A stretch of 63,617 nt of DNA, filler included, from Reclinomonas americana ATCC 50394 (Eukaryota), in NCBI GenBank assembly GCA_048213135.1. It is 5 parts of 3 records of this genome, joined end to end, with 100 filler letters (N's around TTAATTAATTAA, not from the genome) between each part and the next. Parts side by side here need not be neighbours in the genome. Positions count along the whole stretch, not along the records: positions 5,356 to 30,700 come from PS015159.1; positions 30,801 to 33,779 come from PS015159.1; positions 33,880 to 62,042 come from PS015159.1; 2 more parts are not named here. One strand, written 5' to 3'. The position numbers and the translations under genes are program-made. Position 1 is the stretch's first letter; each line of letters starts with the position of its first letter. The notes under the pieces are model-generated. The model was not told where the DNA came from, did no database searches, and saw only the letters and a program-made list of their open reading frames with translations. Of the stretch, positions 25,459 to 35,492 are shown one piece after another.

Positions 25459-26228
25459 CTAATCATACTCACGAGATGATGCCGCTGCAGCTTGTCCTCT
25501 CGTGGTCGACGAGTAGCGCCCCTGCGGCGACAGCAAGCTCTCCACTCGCAACACCGCTGGCATCGGCGACGCCGTGGCCCCGATGCCCATGCCCACCGAC
25601 GATGAGAAGCCAGCATCCACTGGTCCGCGCGAAAATCCGAGAGGCGACGAGACACCACCGGTCGCACCCAGCGACGAGGAGACCGGAGACGCTGCGGTCG
25701 GCGACTCCAGTCCCATACTGCGATGCAATTTATGGTATTCAGCATCACACAAAACCAACTCCTCCACGTCTCCTGCTCACCGGTACGTCACTTGCGCCTC
25801 GCGTCGAATCAAATCCGACAGCTCCAGCTGCAAGCGATACAAGTGATCCTCCTGATCCTTGCGCTCCATGCTCGAGTGACCAATCAACTCTGCACGAATA
25901 CAATCGGTCCGAAGCAGCGACGCACTCACTCACACCACGAAAGACAGACGCACCAGTGAGCCTGTCCACCTCCCTCCTCAACACCATTTCCCGCGACTCC
26001 GCCTCGCGCTGCTGCATCTGCACAATGCGACCCAACCGCTGCACCTCCTTCTCCACCTCGGCACGCAGACGCACTTGCCGTTCGCGGTCCTCTCGCAACG
26101 CCGCATTCTGCGCCTGCACATCGCGCAGCTCGTTCTCCCACTGCGGTCGCGCACGCTCAATCTGCTCACTGGCCACCTGCGAGGCGATATCCAGCTCACG
26201 CTCTTGCCTGCGAATGCGCGGATGAATG
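25459..26228 (-). CDS. 3' part of a coiled-coil hypothetical protein
   Basis: Heptad-rich exon WENELRDVQAQNAALREDRERQVRLRAEVEKEVQRL followed by a GTGCGT donor. Downstream exons are tentative and the 5' end is in a gap. Confidence 0.5.
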
Positions 26229-27296
26229 NNNNNNNNNNNNNNNNNNNNNNNNNNNNNNNNNNNNNNNNNNNNNNNNNNNNNNNNNNNNNNNNNNNNNNNN
26301 NNNNNNNNNNNNNNNNNNNNNNNNNNNNNNNNNNNNNNNNNNNNNNNNNNNNNNNNNNNNNNNNNNNNNNNNNNNNNNNNNNNNNNNNNNNNNNNNNNNN
26401 NNNNNNNNNNNNNNNNNNNNNNNNNNNNNNNNNNNNNNNNNNNNNNNNNNNNNNNNNNNNNNNNNNNNNNNNNNNNNNNNNNNNNNNNNNNNNNNNNNNN
26501 NNNNNNNNNNNNNNNNNNNNNNNNNNNNNNNNNNNNNNNNNNNNNNNNNNNNNNNNNNNNNNNNNNNNNNNNNNNNNNNNNNNNNNNNNNNNNNNNNNNN
26601 NNNNNNNNNNNNNNNNNNNNNNNNNNNNNNNNNNNNNNNNNNNNNNNNNNNNNNNNNNNNNNNNNNNNNNNNNNNNNNNNNNNNNNNNNNNNNNNNNNNN
26701 NNNNNNNNNNNNNNNNNNNNNNNNNNNNNNNNNNNNNNNNNNNNNNNNNNNNNNNNNNNNNNNNNNNNNNNNNNNNNNNNNNNNNNNNNNNNNNNNNNNN
26801 NNNNNNNNNNNNNNNNNNNNNNNNNNNNNNNNNNNNNNNNNNNNNNNNNNNNNNNNNNCACACACACTGAGAGAGAGAGAGAGGGAGGAGCACACGGCGC
26901 AAACCATTGCTGAATTAAAAAAATGAACGGCCGCGAGCAATGTGCGTGGACAGATGCGCGACTGTCCCGTGAAGTTGCTGGTTCTGCGACGCTGCAATTC
27001 AACACCTGCGAGAGCACGCAGCAGCAGTGGCGGTGGTAGTAAAGAGAGGAACGGGTGCAGAGAAAAAAGAGAACAGCGAGTGGCGCATTTTCTTTGCACT
27101 AAATTCCGTCATTTTGTTGCATTTCACCGACTTCCACTCAAGCACTGCTTGCACGCTCACATGCTCCATGCACGCGACACTACATCGCACACCACGACAC
27201 AAGAAACACCGAAAACACCCACTCGCAACATCGTCAGGACATCATCGGACAATGCGCAATTCCTCACTCACACGCACGCACGCACGCACACACTAG

Positions 27297-28330
27297 ATGG
27301 GCTCCTCACAATCAAAAACACGGCCTCCACGTCCTCCACCAGCAGTCGTCGTGCGCGGGAGAGGCGGTGGAGGCGCCACTCTCTCTCTGGTCGGCAGTGA
27401 CAGTGACGGTGACTTGCTCGAGGGCGGCGGAAGTGGAAGTGGCGCACCTTCGTGGGCGTCGACCGCAAATGCAAGCACTTCGTTGATTCGAGGCGGAGGG
27501 CGCAGTGAATTCGGGGCCAGTGGACGGAGAGTGACGACGGATGTGATGCTTGCGGATGATGATGCGAGGGGCGGCGAGCAGGAGGCGCAGTTGCAGACGT
27601 TTTCGACGCGCAAGACGCGCAATGTGTACAAGTTGAGTGAGAAGCAGAGAGCAGAGAGAGCAGTGAGAGCAGTCATCGCAGAAATAGAAATCATGCGGCC
27701 AATGCTCTCTTGTCTTCTTACTATTCCCTCGTGTTGCCAGCACGTTTCAGGGATCGCCGCCGCCGAATGAGCTCAGTGACTTGGCGGGCGCGTCGAAGCG
27801 GCGATTGGTGATTGATCATTGGACGCAGCCGAGTTGCGCGCGCACGCGATAGAGTGAGAGAGAGACTCTTGCGCATGTTGTCGCTCACTCGTGCGCAGCC
27901 GACACGTTGATGGGCCTCTCCGTGCGCTACAATGTCTCCGCGCAGCGTCTGAAGCAGGAGAATGGCCTCTTCTCCGACGACTTGTTCCATCTGAAGAGCA
28001 TTCTCGTGCCGTGCGCCGTCGATCCGCAGTCGGTGCTGATGGGCTCGGGGGCGGCGAGCTTTTTCGTTGGCCATGCCGAGGCGTCGTCTGTGCAAGTCGA
28101 TGTGGGTGACGATGGAAGCAGTGGCGCGGGCGACGACGGTGACGAGGGCGGGGAAGACGAGTATGGCTCGGCGTCGGGTGTCGGCGACGTGTTTGGCGGC
28201 GCTTCGTCGGCTGCCTCGCCGCCGCGATCAGCGAGCAGCCGCCGACGGAGGAACCGCAGGAAACAGCCGCAGCATGCGGTGCCGGCTCCGAAAGCACCGT
28301 TGCGTCTTCCCTCCGCTGTGCTTCTCTCTC
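27297..28330 (+). CDS. LysM-domain protein with an N-myristoylation-type start (3' end in gap)
   Basis: Starts MGSSQS. Spliced HWTQPTDTLMGLSVRYNVSAQRLKQENGLFSDDLFHLKSILVP is a typical LysM motif. Confidence 0.8.
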
Positions 28331-29102
28331 NNNNNNNNNNNNNNNNNNNNNNNNNNNNNNNNNNNNNNNNNNNNNNNNNNNNNNNNNNNNNNNNNNNNNN
28401 NNNNNNNNNNNNNNNNNNNNNNNNNNNNNNNNNNNNNNNNNNNNNNNNNNNNNNNNNNNNNNNNNNNNNNNNNNNNNNNNNNNNNNNNNNNNNNNNNNNN
28501 NNNNNNNNNNNNNNNNNNNNNNNNNNNNNNNNNNNNNNNNNNNNNNNNNNNNNNNNNNNNNNNNNNNNNNNNNNNNNNNNNNNNNNNNNNNNNNNNNNNN
28601 NNNNNNNNNNNNNNNNNNNNNNNNNNNNNNNNNNNNNNNNNNNNNNNNNNNNNNNNNNNNNNNNNNNNNNNNNNNNNNNNNNNNNNNNNNNNNNNNNNNN
28701 NNNNNNNNNNNNNNNNNNNNNNNNNNNNNNNNNNNNNNNNNNNNNNNNNNNNNNNNNNNNNNNNNNNNNNNNNNNNNNNNNNNNNNNNNNNNNNNNNNNN
28801 NNNNNNNNNNNNNNNNNNNNNNNNNNNNNNNNNNNNNNNNNNNNNNNNNNNNNNNNNNNNNNNNNNNNNNNNNNNNNNNNNNNNNNNNNNNNNNNNNNNN
28901 NNNNNNNNNNNNNNNNNNNNNNNNNNNNNNNNNNNNNNNNNNNNNNNNNNNNNNNNNNNNNNNNNNNNNNNNNNNNNNNNNNNNNNNNNNNNNNNNNNNN
29001 NNNNNNNNNNNNNNNNNNNNNNNNNNNNNNNNNNNNNNNNNNNNNNNNNNNNNNNNNNNNNNNNNNNNNNNNNNNNNNNNNNNNNNNNNNNNNNNNNNNN
29101 NN

Positions 29103-30639
29103 GCGCTGCGATGCTGAACTCCTCCATCAGCGGCTCCTTGGTGAAGTGGAACATCAGGGGATGTGCACACACAGAAAAACACAATTTGCTGATGAGATCC
29201 ACACTGCGTTCTCTCATGAGCATGCGGGAAACAAAGAGAGATATACGTATCATCCGTGGAGAGCGACACATTGAGTCCGCGCTTGAAGAAGAGCGGGAAT
29301 GGATTGCGGTCGTAGCTGAGGAAGAGCGAGTTGTTCGACAGCGGCGACATGGCGATGCCGATTTGCGTCAGGTAGTACAGGTACTGCATGACGGGGTTCT
29401 TGCGCAGCGTGATGCCGTGGTTGATGCCGTCGGCCAACAAAAAGGTGACCATGAGATGATCGTCGTCACCGGCCTCGCCAGAGTGCGGTCGGAAGCTGAA
29501 GGTGTCTGTGGGGCAACAAGGGTCACAGTGAGTGGCGCGGAAGAGAAGACACGCAGCGTCGTTCAATCCACAACGCAACTGAGACCGCGCTGCTTGCGCA
29601 GCTTATTCAGTGCAAAGCTGCAATGCAATGTGTGAGCAACAACAAAGAGGTCAGCGAGCTCATGCCCACGACGCAACATGTTTGCATAGAAGTAGTACGT
29701 GTAGTAGACGTAGGATGGATTGTCGTCGCTCGTGTAGTCTTCGGGGTGCGGATTGCTGCGTCATATACACGTCAGCAATCGCAGGGGGATGGGATGTATC
29801 AACGGACCGACTCTCTCACCTGTGGTGGAACTTCTTCTCCGCCTTCGACTCGTCATCGACACTGTCGAAGCCGACCAACTGCTGCAAAAAGTTGTTGAGG
29901 TGCGGGTGGCTCGTCGGATCGCACGTGACCTCGAACAGGGGAACAAAAATATCTGTTTGCCATGAGAGAGAGAAATCACACAACGTCAGCGCTCACTTGT
30001 CCCCAAAGGTGTGCGCCCGTCGACTGCCAGCAGTACGCAGCTATCCAAAAACTCCTGGAAATTGTACACGCCGCCCGAACGCTTGTGCACGCTGTACAGA
30101 CGCGGGATTTGCACCAACCAACGCACATTGTTCGAGTACACCTTGTGGCGATTGAACCAGTCGGCCAGTCGGTCCCACTCGTTTCGCTGAGGGTGCATGA
30201 AATCAGCGGTGGCCCAGGTATCATCGCCACACAACAACACCCAAGACGCAACATTTCTGCCGTAGATGGAAATGCGGGGCTCCGTGTTCTGATACTTGGA
30301 CTCCTCCATCTCCTGGAACACCTGTGCAATCACAACAGCATTGTTGTCAGCACAAGTGAAGAGCGACAGAGGCTCAAGCAACCGGCCGCGTAGTACCTCT
30401 TGACACAGCTCGGCAAAGTACCGTCCATGAATGTAATTGTCGGTCTTCAGGAAAATCTCACGCAGCGCACTCTGGCCCATCGGGTTGTACTTGAGGTTGA
30501 ACTTGTCGAAGCGGTGGAAGGTGGACTTGTCGGCGTGCACATCCAGCGTGTCCACACTCAGCTCGTAGGCCGTCATGTTGAGGCTCTCGAACACCTGGGC
30601 CAGCGTCATCGGGTAGCCGTTCTTCATCAGCACCACGTC
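29103..30639 (-). CDS. AMPD: AMP deaminase, internal fragment (8 exons)
   Basis: [72 protein letters not shown] and [21 protein letters not shown]. Both ends run into gaps. Confidence 0.97.
29163..29250 (-). other. AT-AC intron with U2-like signals
   Basis: Removing ATACGTAT...GTGTGCAC (88 nt) restores the invariant STDDP motif. No U12 ATATCCT or TCCTTAAC signature is present. Confidence 0.8.
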
Positions 30640-30834
30640 CTGCACGCAGAGGAGAGGGGGGGGGGAGTGAGTTGAATAGACGCCCAGGGGGAAGACTGAG
30701 NNNNNNNNNNNNNNNNNNNNNNNNNNNNNNNNNNNNNNNNNNNNTTAATTAATTAANNNNNNNNNNNNNNNNNNNNNNNNNNNNNNNNNNNNNNNNNNNN
30801 AACTGTACTGTATCTCAAACATTACATCAATGGT

Positions 30835-31977
30835 TTACTCGTCGTCGTCGGTCTTCTTCCTCCTTGTCTTCTCCTTCTTCGACTTTTTCTTCTTCTTCCC
30901 TTCCACCTCCTCCTCCTCCTTCTCGCCCTTTCTCCTCTTTTTCTTCTTCTTCTTCTCGTCCTTTTTCTCCATATCCACATCGCCGTCCTCGCTCTCCTCC
31001 TCCTCCTTCTTCGACTTCCTCGACTTCTTCTTCTTCTTCTTTTTCTTCTCCGCAGATTCCGCATCGTCGTCCTCGGCCTTCCTCTTGCTCTTCTTCGTCT
31101 TTTCCTTCTTCTCCTCCTTGTCCTTCGCCTTCTTTTCCTTCTTCTTCTTGCCATCCGCATCCTCCTTCTTCCTCCTCTTCTTCTCCGGCTGACCCTCGTC
31201 CTCCTCCACCACCTCCTCCGCCACACGTTTCCGATGCACCGTCACCGGCGGCGCAGGTGACTCTCCGTCACGCATTCGCCGCTCCTGCTCCTCAATACGA
31301 CGCAGCTTGGCCACGGGATAGTACTTGCGCAGCATGCGTCCCTCGCACGCCGCAAACAGACCCGCGCCCTTGCCAGCCACCAGCGGCGGCAATTCATCCT
31401 CACTGCTGCTGCTGCTGCCACTGCCACTGTCGTCACCGTCGCCTCCATTCGCGTGATGATCATCGTCACTGCTGCTGCCATTGCGCAGCGTGCCTCGCGA
31501 TCCATCGGGCTTCACGAATCGCCCGAGAGCCATGCTTGCCGCGTGCTGACGCACATTGACACGATGCAGCTGGCGGCGATGTTTTGGTGACGTCGATGAC
31601 GAGGAGGAAGAGGAGTCACTGTCGTCATCGCTGCTGCTGCCGCTGCCGGCTGCCCCGATTGAACCTAGGTTGGAGGCCGCAGCGTTGAAGACGTCGTCGA
31701 ACCAGTGATCCGTGTCGTGCGAGGTGACTCCCAGCTGCGTGACGAGTGTCAGAGTAAGAGTTTGGGCTCGCACGCAACAGGAGCCACCACACGCAACTCC
31801 CAGCGTGTCGGCCTTCATCGACACCTTCACAAACGAGTGCCGACCGTCGCGCTTCTTTCCCAACCCTTCGCCTCTGTGCTCGTGTCAGTCGGTGATGTGA
31901 ATGTGCACATGGCCGCACACACAGCGCAACTCTTTCCACCCAAACTTCTCCAGCTGTCGCCGCGCAAACGACGACAT
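30835..31977 (-). CDS. GPATCH4: G-patch domain protein with Lys/Glu-rich tail
   Basis: Spliced MSSFARRQLEKFGWKEGEGLGKKRDG...KADTLGLG...HWFDDVFNAAASNL, LFAACEGR and AKLRRIEEQE, followed by a KKE-rich tail. Confidence 0.8.
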
Positions 31978-32036
31978 CTTGCTGTGCGTCTCCCGGTACT
32001 TCATGAGTGCGGCAAGACGGGAATCGATCGCGCTTT

Positions 32037-32136
32037 CGGGGCTGTCTGGGACAGAAGATCCAATCTTTTTTGAGCGAGCTCCATTCTTTTTGTCCAAGAT
32101 CCATTCTTTTTTGAGCCTTGCTCCTGCTGTTGCGCG

Positions 32137-32192
<56 letters not shown>

Positions 32193-32339
32193 TTGTGCCT
32201 GCTACAGCAGCAAGCTGNNNNNNNNNNNNNNNNNNNNCGGGGCTGTCTGGGACAGAAGATCCAATCTTTTTTGAGCGAGCTCCATTCTTTTTGTCCAAGA
32301 TCCATTCTTTTTTGAGCCTTGCTCCTCGCTGTTGTCGCG

Positions 32340-32391
<52 letters not shown>

Positions 32392-32416
32392 TTGTGCCTG
32401 CTACAGCAGCAAGCTG
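32037..32416. repeat. Near-identical direct duplicate (about 180 bp x2) across a 20-N gap, each copy containing (TG)n
   Basis: 32037-32217 and 32238-32416 are almost identical; likely unmerged overlapping contig ends. Confidence 0.9.
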
Positions 32417-32523
32417 ACTCGTTGTCAACGCAGGAAACTCGCGCGCGAAGCGCGCTCGCCAGCTTGAGTGGTTTATTCACAGCTGCAGTCTGCGGGCTTG
32501 GCCTCTCACGTTACACGTTTGGT

Positions 32524-32668
32524 CGGATTCGCGTGTAGAGCCACCGAATTCGCTTGCAGAGCCACCGGATTCGCGTGCAGAGCCACCGGATTCGCGTGCA
32601 GAGCCACCGGATTCGCGTGCGTGCAGAGCCACCGGATTCGCGTGCAGAGCCACCGGATTCGCGTGCAG
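32524..32668. repeat. 21-bp minisatellite, about 6.7 copies
   Basis: Unit CGGATTCGCGTGCAGAGCCAC repeated head-to-tail. One copy has a 4-nt insertion; there are no spacers. Confidence 0.95.
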
Positions 32669-34031
32669 CGCGCCGCGCTACTAATGCCACATTTGAGCGT
32701 GTCTCGATCCTCTGTGGGAGCAGTTCCTGCTGACTGTGAAGGACGCGGATGACCTCATTCCGCACGGAAACTGTGGAGCATGGACCACGCCAACAGAGCA
32801 TCACTTCTCAGCACACTCGCGGTTCACGAGCGCGCCACATGCCACTCAACGTCGATCGCCAGTGGGTTTCCACACGCAGGAGGGTGGAAGCGCTCGCGGT
32901 ACACAGCTGGTGACTACAACAGCGGCGGTGTTGCTGTCTGGAAATACTACGGGCTCACCATCCGCATGTTGCCGCTTAACCGCGCGCGCGCTAGCGCGCC
33001 AGAAGCAATTTTTTCGGCCATCGGCACGCGGGAGTCATGGCGTCAGCAAACCAGCGTATGCCAAGCGTAACAGAGCGACGGTGGAGATGGCGGCGGTGAT
33101 ATCAGCAAGAGTGGCCTCTGTGCGCGACAAGCACAAACGGGCGCCAGGCGCTCCCAATGATTTGCTTGTCAGGGCGGCTTCAACGTATTTTCGTACGTGG
33201 GCGAGCATAGAATGCCAGCTTTGGATGCTCCGCCCGCCGTTGGCGCATCCGCGGCCACTGTGGATGCTTAGCCGATGCAGGGGGTATCGCTATGGTCAGA
33301 TTGTTGCGAGCGACGACGGGCCAGCGGCGCTTGCGGTGCAGGAGGTGGACGACGTCGGAGACAACATTCATGATTGCGGTGACGATGACGACAGGGAACG
33401 TGAAGCGGAGAAGATGGACGGGAGTGAGGCGGTGGTGTTCGCGAAGCTCATCAGTGGCGATCACGATGAATAAACGCTTTGGTTATTGTAATTACAGTGC
33501 ATATGTCCGAATTAGTTGATCGGGTGGAATTGACAGACACAACTTCTGGGTGCCGCAAGCAAAACCAACGACAACACGGAGGCTGGTGTTCTGCATGCGC
33601 GCATGCTCCTCTACACTGCTTTGGTTAACGTTTAGATACGGTCAGTGGCTGTCACAGTGTTTGAAATCACTGATGCGACAACAATGACAACAAACAACAA
33701 CAATTCATTCACCAACAAACAAGCAACAGCTGTCTACGCTCTCTTGTGTTTCAACCACGCCACACCACCACTGTTTTTGNNNNNNNNNNNNNNNNNNNNN
33801 NNNNNNNNNNNNNNNNNNNNNNNTTAATTAATTAANNNNNNNNNNNNNNNNNNNNNNNNNNNNNNNNNNNNNNNNNNNNCAGCTGTTTAGCTTGTTTGTT
33901 GGTGAATGAATTGTTGTTGTTGTAAAGATCGATCTTTGGCCTCCGACGGTCCACTCCGGCCAACGGGCGTTGATGCGGACGATTGATCATTTGCAATTTC
34001 ACACACACACACACACTCTCTCGATTTCAGT

Positions 34032-34451
34032 ATGGAGCCACTCTTGCGCCGATTTGTGAGCAACGCCAACCGCGTCCCGCAGCTGCAGAAGCACTTCCAG
34101 GTGCGTGACGCGTCATTGTGATGCGTGCGTGATGCGTTTTTGTCAATGAGAGATGCGCTGAATATGCGAGTGCTTTGCAACACAGGGCACTGACGGCCGC
34201 ATTGGCATTCACGAGGGTGCGTGTGCAGCAGCACAGAGAGGCAGGGTGTGAGAAAGAGAGAGTGCTGATGATGATATGGTGTGCAGCTGGCAAGAACGAC
34301 AAGATTACCACCATTGCCTTTGGCGCTCTGGCTGCCACTGGCCTCTCGGCCTTTGTGTACTCTGTGGTACGTGAACTACGTGAGTGAGACGCACACGTGC
34401 GTGTGAGTCTCACAGATGCCCACGCAGGTGTCCTTTGTGACTGGCGAGTAA
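34032..34451 (+). CDS. COX7A: Cytochrome c oxidase subunit VIIa-like (4 exons)
   Basis: Three GT-AG introns give MEPLLRRFVSNANRVPQLQKHFQGTDGRIGIHEAGKNDKITTIAFGALAATGLSAFVYSVVSFVTGE*, with the NRVPxxQKxFQ motif and one TM helix. Confidence 0.75.
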
Positions 34452-34581
34452 ACCGACGCAACACGCACACACACTCGTCTGTGTGCGTGGTCATGGATAC
34501 CACCAGCAGCAACAGCAGCAGCAGAACCACACTCACCCCAAAGTGAAGTACGACGGGGTCTTTTGTGGATGTTTAGTTTTT

Positions 34582-35437
34582 TTATGGGGGTGGCGAAATG
34601 TCGCGCATCTCTCTCTTCAAGTGCAGCCACAGGTGCATGGCCGCCTGTTGCACTCGGTCACCGCCATCAGTGGCCAGTGCACGCACACGTTTCGCATCGA
34701 CCAGCGGCATCAACGAGTCCGACGCATCGCGCATGAGCAGGACAAGCAGTGCATGCAGGGCGGCCTCGCGAAGTGGCGCGTCGTCGGCCCACTCGGGCAG
34801 CGCCAGCGCGCACAGCGTCGACACGAGCCGCTCTGCCACGTCACCGTTGCAGCTGCTGCTGTGAATGCAGAGTCCTGCCACGACGTCAATGGCATCGCGA
34901 CTGCCTAGTGACGCATCCGCCGCCTCAATCATGTCGCAAAGCGTGGAGAAGAGAGCAGGCGCAGATGGGATGGCCTCAAGCAGCGAGGCCGATAATCGCT
35001 CATGTTGGCTGGGATCGCAAAGAAAGAAAAGGGATGAGCGTCGAGGCTCTTGAGTTGGTGTTTTTGTTCTCCCTTCTTCTCCTTCTTGTTCTTCTTCTTC
35101 TTCTTCTTCTTCCTCTTCTCCTTTTCCTCTTCTTTCTCCTCCTCTTTCAACACGAGTTTCCAAGCAACGTCGATCACAAAGACAACTTCTCTCTCTTGCT
35201 TTCTTCTTCTCCTCTCATCTCTCCCTTCTCCTGCCTCTCACGCAACGTATAGTTCGTGCACTGCGCAAAGGCATCGTTGAGCTGACACACGGCCTCACAC
35301 CGATCGGCCACAGTTGCGGACTTGTCGCACAAGACGCGCAAATGATCGCGCAGTGTGGGTGGTGATCGAGAGGCAGAGGCTGCTGCTGCGGCGGCTACTG
35401 AGGATGATAGTGGACGGCGACTGCTGTGGCGCAGCAT
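34582..35437 (-). CDS. Small helical (ARM-like) hypothetical protein
   Basis: MLRHSSRRPLSS...AVCQLNDAFAQCTNY joined through a GTTGCGT intron to QHERLSASLLEAIPSAPALFSTLCDMI...LREAALHALLVLL. Confidence 0.55.
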
Positions 35438-35492
35438 TTGATATGAAGGAGTGGGAAGAAGGACAGTGGGACTTGTGTTGTGCTGTGTGTGG

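Noticed and set aside
32037-32416. Tandem duplication upstream of GPATCH4
   Set aside because: Near-identical copies separated by a 20-N gap around a TG microsatellite, typical of unmerged contig overlap.
32524-32668. 21-bp repeats as a CRISPR array
   Set aside because: Units are contiguous with no unique spacers, there are no cas genes, and the context is eukaryotic.
33693-33922. Inverted repeat (AACAACAACAATTCATTCACCAACAAACAAGC) as transposon TIRs
   Set aside because: The two copies sit on different contigs either side of an artificial linker; at most a dispersed repeat that broke the assembly.
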